Below the pieces are notes generated by a model. The model was not told the origin of the DNA and ran no database searches. It saw only the letters and a list, made by a program, of their open reading frames with translations. A program made the translations under genes and the position numbers. From assembly GCA_053919585.1 (NCBI GenBank), contig CM132800.1: a stretch of DNA of 64,000 nt; one strand, written 5' to 3'. Below are positions 39,357 through 51,300 of this stretch, piece by piece. The stretch is from Euprymna scolopes. Taxonomy: Eukaryota. Numbering within the stretch: the first letter of the stretch is position 1; every line of letters begins with the position of its first letter.

Positions 39357-41809
39357 TTTTAAAAAATCTGTTTCAAATTTTTGCACAAGAAAATTTACAT
39401 CCTCACTTCAGCAACAACATAATAAATTGTTTGTTCTGTTTGTCACAAACACGTTTTTAATTTAGAATCGCCCAAACCCTCAATTTCATTATATGGGGAG
39501 ATGATCCAATCCCTCAATTGTATTAACACATCTTTGATTGTGGCATCACACTAGCTTTAATTACCATTACGTATGCCATATTAATAATCTCTCGTATGAT
39601 TCTAAAATTAAGATAATATTACAAGAATGAGCTATCTGGAGGGCAGCAGAAGAGGAGAAATCCTTCTGGACTGGAGCAATTTTTAGCTTTGTCCCATCGA
39701 GGCTGGTGCATTTTGGGGAGATGGATATTTTAGAAATTAAACAGACCTTATGTCACATTCAGTCCTTGTGAGAAGATAGTGATGAGAGACTAGGGTGTAT
39801 TGATTTTGCAATGTAAACTTCAAATACATTTTTCTGTTGAAAAACCACACACTCAACTGAAACTGCAAAAAGGTAATTATATTTAGTTGAAATCCATAGA
39901 TCATTCATCCCGTGTCAATATTAAGAACTGCACCAAACCTATGAATTTTAGGTTAAATACAGGTTCAAATGTTACTATAGTTCCCACCTGGTACTTCAGA
40001 AAAAATTATACACTCATCCAACTGTTCTACTATCGACCCTTGCCCTTCTGAGTATTGAGAAGTGTGAAAAAAAAGGAAAAAATATAACAAAAAAAAAAGG
40101 GAGTAAGTTTATCAGCAGAACAAACGATAGTTGTTCACAAAGGGACACAAAAGAAAGCTTGATTGGGATTGTTGATCAGTGTGTGGTGGTGACAGGATTG
40201 AGTGATTGGTCAATATATTTATATATATTTTAGGTTGAGAAGAAAGTTTCTGCAGAATTTTTAATTTTGATTTCAAATGATGTGATTTCAAATGATGTGA
40301 TTTCAAATAAGTTTTCATTATAATACCTTTACTTTATGTATCATTTTAAAGAGCTTTTTTCGCTCTATCTAAATGTTTAAATTATAATCGTTTTAAAACA
40401 ATTATTTCTTCTTTTCAAAATGTTGAATATAAAATAGAAAAAAGAAAATGCACACAATTTTCTTATTTTAATTCAAGCTGGCCGAAAAGCTACTGAAACA
40501 GCTTGCAAGTGTTTGGCCCAGAAACACTACTAAACGCACAGCACAATGGTGAAATTGAGATGATAAACGTAGTGGTGATCATCATATGTTTACAATGATC
40601 AATTAAGAGTCTTGATCAAAGCTAATCCGTGCAGAACTGTTTGGAACTTGCTTCTGAATTAGATGTAATGTATACAACAATTTTTAGCCACTTGACAGAG
40701 ATTGGAAAAACAAAAAAACTTGATAAATGGGTGCCTCACGACAACCAAAAGAAATGCTGTTTTGAAATGTCATCTTCTCTCCGTTTACATAAGAATGACC
40801 CATTTCACAACCAGGTTGTGACTTGCAATGAAAAGTGGGTTCTTTACAACAACCGGTGATGCTCAGCTCAGTGGTTAGACACCGACAAAGCTCCACAATA
40901 CTTCTCAAAGCAAGAGTTGAACCAAATAGTATTCAATTGTACTTTTTGCACCTACTACTACATTATGTAAATGGACAATCACTGAATATAAACAATGGAG
41001 AATGCAGAGAGAAGAATACCGAAAGTAATAAGAGATTTGTTCATTGTAATACTCTTAAACACAGACTGTTCAAATCCTCCTGAGTTGGAGGAAAGATTTT
41101 CTAATTCTATGGCAATGGATCACCACAATGCAATGCAAAGCCAGTCATGTTCATCAATAAAAATGCCATCGACACCACATTGAGGTACGTACATGATTAA
41201 CTTTGTGCTGCTGGCAATTTACTGCAAGACTTTAGATTGCCTTTGCGTTAGAATCTACCTACTGTGATTCAAATAAATAGAGCCATAATTGATAAGCAAA
41301 GCTACAATATAGCAGAGCAAATGACATATGTAAACACACACCAACATTTATTAAATGAGGAGCAATCAATCATCTATATGTATATTTGAATTCAGCATCT
41401 TCTTCAGGTATATCTTGTCGAACTCGTGAATTTGGATGGAATTTCGAGCGAAACCCTTTATTTACTTCACGGGGGTAGCGTGCTCTTGTTCCGTCAGCCA
41501 TGACTGGATAGAGGTCCTAAGTAATTTTTAAGTCGTCCACACTGAGGATTAAACCTTCAACCTTCCGGAGAATATCACTTTTACAATTTATTTTTCCCAG
41601 TATTCTAACCACTAACCGGGAACTCTAAGTAGGACAATTCTAGTACGAATTTTAGGAGCCTTAAACCTACTTTTTATTTCTAGTCATAAATATCACCATT
41701 TATTACTAATTATTACTATATATTAATGTATATTTATCTCTATACTTATTACTTGTATATATTAATGTTTTGTTTTTTTTTAACAAAAACATCCCCGAGT
41801 TCGACAAGA

Positions 41810-41855
41810 TACACCTGAAGAAGGTTGGAAGTTATATCGACCGAAACGTTGTGAA
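41810..41855 (+). ncRNA. Minimal type-I hammerhead ribozyme motif, copy 3
   Basis: CUGAAGA at 41815, GAAAC at 41843, stem II GGUUG/CGACC. Confidence 0.7.
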
Positions 41856-44349
41856 AATCACTCAAGATGAGAACAGTAGTCCGATGAATAATAATACAAA
41901 CAACCAATCCTCATCTCAAAAATTCAGAAACGTCATTTTCATTTTTGTTACAAAATTACCTTCTTTCTCAGAAAAAATAAAAAGACTTAAAATAATGTGT
42001 TCCTAGTGTGAGTTCTGATAATACGGACATTTGTATCCGAATGCAATAGCAACGAAATAACAAATTTATGTTTATTCTGTTTGACACAAACACTTTTTTG
42101 TATTCATATTTGTGTCTGTGCCACCAGCTTTAACAACACCCAAACAAAGTACAATAACAGGACAGCTAATCACCAAAAAAAATTGTCTTCTCCATTTAGA
42201 AAAGAACGTGTGGAAGAGGACAATTCTGCTATGAAATCACATCCATCAACTGAAAAAATGAAAATTATTAAAAATGCTGAAGAATCTCTTATTCCTTAAT
42301 CATATGGGAAGATGACCCTGGAGAAATTACTATAAATTTGTTAGAAAATGGCCTTCTCTCGCATCAAAAACAAAAATCATTTTAAAAATCTGTTTCAAAT
42401 TTTAGCACTGAGAACAAAGAAAATTTATATCCTCACTACAACAATAACAAATTATGTTTGTCACAAACACTTCCTTGATTTACATTTTTTTTTTACACAA
42501 ATTCCGACAGAATTTTGAATTTTGCAGGTCATTTCTAGTCTATTGTTTGTATGCACAATGTCACCATGAAAGGAAAGGTCAACAAAAATAGGACAGCTAA
42601 TCACCAAAAAGAATCGTCTTCTTCATTTAAAACAGAACATCAACGCAAGAAACATTACTGCCAATTTTTCAGAAAATGGCCTTCTCACTCATCAAAAACA
42701 AAAAGGGTTTCAAAATCTGTTTTAAATTTTTGCACTGAGGACAAGAAAATGACCCATTTCACAACCAGGTTGTGACTTGCAATGAAAAGTGGGTTCTTTA
42801 CAACAACCGGTGATGCTCAGCTCAGTGGTTAGACACCGACAAAGCTCCACAATACTTCTCAAAGCAAGAGTTGAACGAAAAGAAGGTCATGCTGACTGTT
42901 TGGTGACCTGTGACTGGTCGCATCCATTGCAACTTTTTTAACACTCAGCTCAGTGATTAGATGCCGACGAAGCTCCAATATACTTCCCGAAGTCAGAGTT
43001 GAACCAAAGGAAGGTCATGCTAACTTATTCGTGGTCTGCGACCAGTATCATTCATTACAGTTTTTTTAATGCAGACAAAACCATTACAGTAGACAAGTAC
43101 TGTCAACAAATAGATGAAATGCATCGACAACACCTAGTATTAGTCAATAGAAAAGATCCAATTCTCCTCCATGACAATGCCCAACCGCACATTGCTAAAC
43201 CAACCCTGCAATTGGGCTATGAAACTCTGCCTCATCAATCATACTTTCCAGACCTCTCATTTACAGACTACTACTTTTTCAAGCATCGATAACTTTCTGT
43301 GTGAGAAATGCTTCAAAACCCTAAGCGATATCAAAACACCTTCAGTGACTTCATTGCCATCAGAGCACAAGATTTTTTATATTACTGACATAAAAATACA
43401 CTTGTTTTGCATTGACAAAAGTGTGTTTATTCTGATGCTCCTTATTTTAATCAATAAATTTTTGTTTGAGCCGAGATATGTTCATCTGAATTTTAAAGTT
43501 AAAAACCATAAGAACTTTCTCATCTACTGGATATTATTTTGATATTTATTATATTTTGTTTGTTTTAAGAGGGCAATTGGTTTTGCAGCAGTTGTATGAC
43601 AGTTAGGGATGGTTTGCAGACAGTCTTGAGTTTGCAACTATTGGAGACAGTTATGAGTTGGACACAAGAGAATTCAGGTCTTAACTTGGAGCAAATGTTG
43701 AAATGAATTGATCAACTAACAAAGAGGCCTCAGCAGATGACATCATTGTCTTTACAGAGTCACTGACAAAGAAAGGAATAAGAAATTGTTTTAGTGCAAT
43801 ATGCCTACAACACGACTTCAATCAGAAACTCAGGTTGCTTATAATGTGTCATCACCAATCCACGTTTGTGACTGAAAGCAATTGAAAAATACCCATAAAC
43901 AAAATAATCTGGACTTACAAGCTTAGATAGGTACACTAAAGTTGAAAATACAGGGGGAAAAAAAATATAGCCTCACTTCAGTCTTTGAGAATTCAGCAAA
44001 GAAGAAAATATTAGTATTTACTGCAGCTTCTATTTCAAATTAGGATTGCCAATCGACCATTCCTATCAACTCAAATGTGAAATGTATAACGTTCATACCA
44101 AAAGGTGCTTGCCAGGCAACTTTTACTGTAACTCGACTAGCAGAAAGGTATATTGCAGCAAACACAAATCTTATTGACCAATCAGATGAATCCAGTTGGA
44201 TACTCTCAACAACCCATTTGTATAATATCCTGGATAGCAACAGCATTCCCAAATCCAGCCGATCTCTTCCAGACATTGATAGCACTAAAACTGATGAAAT
44301 AGACAGTGGCAAATAAATTTTTTCTGCAAGGTCACCGATTGCTTGATCA

Positions 44350-46100
44350 ATACTAAATTAGATACGGTGAGGCCTTTTGAAGCTATTTCCAGTCTCATCA
44401 TCATCACTTGGGAACTCAGGTGAACAAACTTTAATTAAAGCCCTGAGAATTTGTGCGCAACTGGAGGGAAATCTACAAAATAATGACCTCATACTATCAA
44501 ACTTAAGTTATCATTGAAAAACTTTTCTAAATAAAACCAAAATGTTTAACTGGGGTGAAAAATGTTTGGATTTTTAAAAAGAGTTCTCTCTGAAAGAACA
44601 AATTCGTTGGAGAAACCTGAAGACCAAGATTTAAATGTGAAGAGCTGCTAGAAAAACTGGTCTCTAGATACAGAACAGGAAGATTATCCACTCGTTCCTC
44701 TGGTTGTCCCAGATAACTATATTCAAGAACTCCAAACTTCCCTGCCAGAACTAAAACAAAATCAGACTAAAAAGAGTAAAAGTTTTATAACTTCCCTCAA
44801 AGATTTCTGAAGAGTTAGTAAAGTTCAATTTACTGTACCCTGATCACACCCTCAAAATTATTTTAACAAATGCTTTCTCTCTGTTCCAAATTGAATGAAA
44901 TCCAATCAACTACTGTAGATAAAAATGAAGACTTGATAGTAATAACCAAAACTTGTTTATTCTCAGAAGTCAAAGAAACTGAGATTCAATTTGAAGGTTT
45001 CACTCCATTTCACAGTAACATATCTTAAAGAAAAGGCAGTGGAATTATGGTGTCCGCAAGATCATTGCTCAAGCCATCCTAACTTCAATTCCTTTCAAAT
45101 GTTTACCAGTCTGATAAATTTTATGCTGTTCTATGCAATATAATCATGAGCAGAGAAAATATTCTGTACTTTCTGTATATCGAACTCCAAGTTCTACAGA
45201 TGCTGAACACCAAAGTGTTAGCAATGATATGAAAGCTGTGTCAGAGTATCACATAATGGGAGATTCTAAATGCCCCAACTATTGACTGGCAGTCAAGCAC
45301 TTTCAAGGAAACATTTAATAACTCGTTTTTGAACATAATGGAGGAATTCTGTGTCAGCATGTTACAAAATCTACAAGAACTAGAATTAGCCAGGGATCGT
45401 TGGTGCTTGACCTTGTTTTCCCCCGTTATCCTAGTTCCAGTTCTTCTCTGCAAATTTTGCCTCCACTTAGTAGGAGTGATCATGCAGTTCTAAGCTTCTG
45501 CATGCACACCTCATTTGCATCGCTCCCTGTCTCTGATAAGCCAAGAAGAAAATTTGCTATGAATCATGATCAAATTAAAACAGCTGTCAATGAGTTTGAT
45601 TCACCATTGAATATTAAACTTGAAACAATGTGGATAGGAATAAAGAAATTTCTGTTACACTTTACGGATATGTCCATACTTCTTAAAGTGCCAAATCACA
45701 ATAATCACAAACCATGGATTTCTAGGAAGATTTTGTGTGAACAAAAACTGAGAAATGCTGCAAAGGAGCAATAAAAAGGGATGAGGTCTGAAGTGGCTTT
45801 GGAGGTCTATACAAAATAACATTATGCTGAACACGTCTACAGCATAAGTAGACAGAATTTTGAAAGACAGCTTGCTCTTGATGCCAGTCCTAACCCAAAG
45901 TATTTTTAGGTTCACATGTAAAGAAATACAAAATTGAACAAGCAAATTGTAACTCTACATAATTGAGCACTTAAACCAAAAAGCTAAAAATTGAGCACTT
46001 AAACCAAAAAGCTCTTTGCTAATACTTTAGAAAATATTTTCAAAAATGACAATAGCAGAGAATTCGCAATGCTATATAGCACCGCCGATGCAGCCAATCA
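44350..46100 (+). mobile_element. Degenerate CR1/L2-type LINE fragment (ORF1 end, APE endonuclease, linker)
   Basis: TNAFSL, LIVITKT, VYRTPS, IMGD.NAPTIDW, LDLVF..LPPLSRSDHAVLSF, KPWIS, NPK.FF motifs with many disablements. Confidence 0.7.
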
Positions 46101-46774
46101 CCATCATCAATACTAGGGCTTTTAAAACTATGGGTGGCGATCCCAAATGAGGTTGCTTAGCAAAATCTTGGGGTCATGAGATTTTAATAATCTGCACAAA
46201 GAGTTGCTGTCTTACAAAATAGAGTTGTTATAATAATAGTTTTTATTGATTTGCAAATTAATTAATTTTTGTATGCGTGATATATTTGTAATAAATAATT
46301 TATTTAAATATGTCATTTGTCATAATTTATTAATAAATCCTTTAAAATTTAAATTTACTGGTGTACTTTCTCATATAATGGTATGCAATATGTTACTTTT
46401 AAATATTTTTTTTTTTTTGGCCATGGATAAATTGTGGAACTTAAGAAGAGTCATGATGCAGATAACGATGCCACAAAATCTTCTCAAGCAGAACTTAATA
46501 TTGACAAACAGCCATCTAATGTGCGGAAAAGGAAATATTGTAAGTCTTTCCTTCAATTTGACTTTACATTTAGAAATTGTGATGTTTATAAAAAAAACTC
46601 TTTGTTTGATCTGCAAGGAGTTGTTTGCTACAGAGAGTATGAAACTATGTATGTCCAACAAAGGCTTTTATCGGGGGGGGGCACTCAGGGGTGTCACTAA
46701 TTCTTAGAACTTTGTATATACTTCTTAGATTATAATAGCTTTGATTTACAAAAGGATGTTGTGTCTATCTTTTA

Positions 46775-48067
46775 TGTTATATTGGTAGAGAGGCTGGTTG
46801 ATATCGGTTGATAAATTAAGAAATAATCATAACGGAATAAGAAATAGTTTGTTTTTTTTATCTCTTAGGGAATGCTTACGGCGAACGGTGAATTTAAATT
46901 CAAATATAAATATGAAAGCATGAACCCTTCCCCCTCGCCTTCAGTGAGCGTGAATTTAAATTCAATAAAAAATAAATAAATGAATAATAATAACAAATAA
47001 ATAAACGCACTTGTGTTCGAGGCGTACACACACCCCTCCCTCCCTGTGAAAATGCAATGTGCGAGAGAGCCCACTGTCAGCGAAGCTGATGAAAAAGGAA
47101 AGGGAGAGAAGGAAAAAGTGAAATTGACGCGGACGAATAAAGAAAGCGGTTTTTGAACTGAGCGTTTTGTCAACAGTGAAAAACGATAGCATTCGTATAA
47201 AAAAAATTGAGAGGCAAGAAAAAAAAACAGAAAAGAAAAAAGAGACTCGGGAGAGCAGTGAACGGTGTCAAATGGACCGGTTGTTTTGTTTACGTTTGAG
47301 CGAATATTGAATAAAAAAAAAAAATTAAAAAAACTCGCTATGGTGGTGCTCAGGAATGCATAAAGCGCAGTGTAAACTGATTCCCCTGAAATAAACAGGA
47401 GTTGAATTCTTTCGGCCGAGAATGGACAGTTCACGGCGAAGACATTAAAGATGAATAAGAAGAGGGTTGCAACGAACAAAAATATCGTCATGTCGACGGG
47501 CGTCTCCATCCAAGAAGAAACCAAACAGGAAAAATCTCGCGCATGATGAACTTTGCGGAGACATTATGAAACACGAAAGTCCAATTGGATAAAGTTAAAT
47601 GACTATTATGATTTCCCCATCCCGATATCCCCGCTCTTTGTCCTTGGCCGAACTGTCATACCATAATTGAAATGGTATATACATTTTCTCTTATATTATT
47701 TTTTTTTGTTTGTCACCTTGTTTTCTTTTCCTTCTTTTATGATGTTTCTTTTTTTATTATCCGACCTCACCCCAACCTATTGCGGTGTGATATTAAATTT
47801 AAGGATGTTGAATAAAATTTGTGTTTTAAGATTCTAGCGTTGTGTTATTCTTGCTTTGAGTTTGAATCATTCAGGACAAAATGTGCTAATGAGAACTCAG
47901 ACAACGTGTCAAATGTCACAAATCGTGGCCGACACTTTACTTATCATTATTTTATTTTTATTTTTATATTGTGTTACGGACAACGTAGGGTGAAGCGCTG
48001 ACCTAGAGTCATAAGATTCTTACCAGGGGACATCCACCCCGACTCAGCTTCATACTGGTCCGTAACA
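46775..48067. mobile_element. Probable solo LTR flanked by a ~130-bp direct duplication (46645-46775 / 48068-48204)
   Basis: TGTTA..TAACA termini; both flanks read ctatgtatgtcc.acaaaggc..gcactcaggggtgtcactaattcttagaac..gtgtctatcttttat. Confidence 0.55.
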
Positions 48068-48326
48068 CTATGTATGTCCGACAAAGGCTTTTTTCGGGGG
48101 GGGGGGGGGGCACTCAGGGGTGTCACTAATTCTTAGAACTTTTCATATACTCCTTAGATTATAATATCTTCGATTTACAAAAGGAGGTCGTGTCTATCTT
48201 TTATTTGAGCGACTTTTATTTTATAAAATTCACGCTATCCCGTGGTCTCGCATGTTTGTTTGGCTTTTTAGTATAAAGTGAAACTAATTGAAACAAAGTC
48301 AGTTCCTTGACTTTCCTGCCAGGGAC

Positions 48327-51300
48327 TAACCCCATTGACTTTCGTGTCCAGCATTGGTCTTTGGGTTTTCTTCGGGGAAGCATCTCTCTTGCTTCCCTGG
48401 TCTGCTTGCCCCTTTTTAGGGCCACTAACTGACTCTTTGTTTTGTATTTCTTTCAGGTTCTAGATTCTCTTTCTGAGTTGACTTAAGCAGTGGGCTAGGC
48501 TACGTAAAGTGTGGTTAGGAGTCAAATTCAACATAATCATCTTCTAGTCCAAATCGGCGGGTCTATCTTCAGGAAGAGGACAAAGAAGTCCAGGCTCTAA
48601 CGCAGCAATGCCTAACCTGGGGTTCGGTGCTCGCAATCAAATCTGAGCACTGAACCAGGGTCCACACAAGCACCACCCATTCATTGAAGTTCGGGCTCCG
48701 CTACTCTGCCTAGCCCAGGTTCTGCCACCCATATTGCCAACATGGTCGTTGGACCAGGCCCTGAGAAGAGCACTGCCCCTAAGGCCAGTATAGGTGCTGC
48801 CCCCAGCACCTTAGAATCGGAGTTTACAACGCTAGGCTACTCCGATAACTTTGATGATGCTGTTCCCAGCAGCAGTAGAGTTAGGCCGACTGGAAGAGGT
48901 GATCCAGCTTGGTGGGATCAGTGATCCATGGATTCAACCGTCAGCCCCTAAACCCAGAGGGCGAACCTACTCCCGGGGCCGGGATTGAGACCATCGGGAT
49001 CGATAGAACTCTCAAAATTGAGAACCACCGACCTGAATCAGGCAATAAAACATGCAGTGCCCGACGACCGGGAGCAGGCTGTAAGCAGTATAATCGGCCT
49101 GAACCTGGAGCTGTCGCGGACGTTGAAAATTGAAATGAAGCTGAGCAGCAGTGACTCCAGTACTTATGACAGCTGCAATGAAGACAACAGCAGCAGGAGA
49201 GTGGTCCAGGTCGGAGCACGACAATCATGCTCCAGGAAAAAAAAGGCGGGGGCTGCTCAGCCTGACTAAAGGAATGGGGCAGCCGGTGCCACTGCAGAAA
49301 GGACCCCTATGACGTCATCATTATGGAAGCCTTCTGATTGGCCGTCGCTTCCTGGCACTCAAGACTCCCTAGACAAGACAATTCCCCTCTGACAAAGAAT
49401 GCCACGGGCCCCTAGAACACCTCTCAACATGCCGACGCACCTGGCAACCCAGGAAAAGATATGGAGGCCCTAGTGTCAGCTGGCACCAGAGGATTACCGT
49501 CAGTTGTTTTATACAACCTACAAAGAATTCACTGACAGCAATATCATCAAGACGGCGCCAGCAATGGTGGCTAGACTAGAGAAAAGAATAGTATCTCTAG
49601 TTACCACCGATATTAAAAAGAAATCTTTGATTGGGGTCCCGAAGGAAACCATGGCACAGTTGCTGGAGGGCTCAGTATCCCAGCAACCTATATCTGGAGA
49701 CGCAGTTATGCCATGTGGGACCTTCTTCTGCCTACCGAGGATGACGCGGAAAAGCTGTCCAAGACCGTCTTCAGGTGGAACAACTTATGCCTCAAGCCGG
49801 AGTACCTAAGCAGGAGACGTACCAATGTCTCCGTTCTTGGTGTCCCCTGTTTTATCGACTCAAAACAACTCGGGACTGTGATGAGCCAGTACGGGGACGT
49901 CAAAGCTGTTCAACCAGTTCGTGGCCCCCGTAACCTTTTATTTGGGGACTACAACATCAAGATATGAATTAACCGTGCCGACTTCCAAAAGATCCCCGCC
50001 TTGCTTAGGTGCGATACCTGGACAATGAGCATCATCGTCAAGGGCGGCCTCATTGTTGGTATTGCTTGCAGCAGGGGCACATGATGAAAGAATGCCCCAA
50101 AAAGTATCCCACTAGAACCCCTGCTGCTACTGTCCTGAAACCGGCGGCTCCGAGCGAAAGAACCGATGTAGTGGCACCAGCAGCCCTTGAAAATCCAGCT
50201 GGGGGCACAAAAGCAAGCCAGGACTGGAGCACTGTTGCGACTAAGAAACCAGCAAAGACTCCTTCCAAACCGAAAGTGCAGCCCCCCGCAAGTGCAATGT
50301 CAGCAGGCTCCCTCAAGGTCATCATGTGGCTCCTCTACCAAAGCTTCAGTGCCACAGTCATTGACAAGGAAGAAGGATCCACAGTCATCATCATTGAAGA
50401 GGAAAAATCCGGTCTCCTCATCAGATTCCGAAGGGGAGCAAGTGATAATTAGCAGTCCAGTGAGGTGAGTGCCAGCGCCAGAAAAATGACCAGAAGAAGG
50501 CGAAAAAGACCAAGGAGGCTGAATCCTATTCCCCATGCAACTAGAGAAGACCTTCTCTACAGTTCAGTCCCCCAAAACCCAGACCCACTCTGCTGAACTG
50601 AAATCCCCACCCCTATTCAATACACCCCCAGTTGGTGCCTGTTCTCTGTCAAGAGAGAGACCAGTTTTAACAAATAGCCGCAGAGCGGCGTTGGCCTCTC
50701 CAGCAAGGAGAGAAAAGAACAGGAAACTCGCCTTCTTCCCTGGAGACCAGATCTGTGAGGTGGATCCTCACCATGCAGCTGACAAGATCATCCCCAGGCA
50801 AAGGGGGCTCCTTAAGCCACTCCTAAAGTTGGAGATAGTGGACGGCCATTCGATTGCAGATCCTAAAGATTCAAAGATGCTCCATTACTCATGACCTTTG
50901 TGCGTCACACAAGAGTAGGACACACCTAGGCCATGTAGAATATGATAAAGACAGCAAAGAAGGCCATTAAAGATATCAAGTTGGTGGAAGAGTTGGCGAA
51001 TAGATGTGAGGGGAGGGTCCCACTGTATGTCCATCCTTGTTTTTATAGGACCCTTAAATTAACATTCCCGCTGGATGTTGAAGGTGTTGCGTGAGATGGA
51101 TGAGTTACGTCCGAGTTGCTTTCAAGCAGCCTCGCCCAATCCTGTGGCATCCTGACTCCCAAAGATTTTAAGCCAGTGGTTGACACTGAATAGGCAAGAT
51201 GGCTGCGTCCTTGAGCCTCGCTAGTTTGAACGCAAGGGGCATGAGGTGCCAAAGCAAAGCCACTAGGGTACTGAGGGACCTCATGTCCATGAATATAGAT

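Larger units (their letters stand above)
30267..42874 (+). repeat. Recent head-to-tail triplication: unit 1 30267-35595, unit 2 35596-40920, unit 3 40921-42874 (~3.36-kb internal deletion)
   Basis: accaaatagtattcaattg recurs at 30267, 35596 and 40921 (periods 5329 and 5325); units differ only by scattered SNPs and homopolymer indels. Confidence 0.95.
34905..43533 (+). mobile_element. Degenerate mariner (DD34D-type) split by the triplication: 5' part at 34905-35595 and 40230-40920, 3' part at 42751-43533
   Basis: TIR-like ttaggttgagaagaaagtt; KKLDKWVPH, VTCNEKW, KKVML, LLHDNAQPH, LPHQSYFPDLSFTDYYFF. Confidence 0.85.

Noticed and set aside
40629-43292. SETMAR host gene
   Set aside because: Only disrupted mariner transposase pieces; no SET domain seen.
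45961-46013. 28-bp tandem duplication (similar ~31-bp doublet at 62982-63045)
   Set aside because: Ordinary slippage duplications with no further structure.
46434-46647. Domesticated ZBED/SCAND-type host gene
   Set aside because: Frameshifts, stops, an 8.7-kb insertion and a hAT-like terminus indicate a dead transposon.
46865-47524. 219-aa minus-strand ORF as a membrane protein
   Set aside because: Phe/Leu-rich low-complexity translation of A-rich LTR-like sequence; no recognisable domain.
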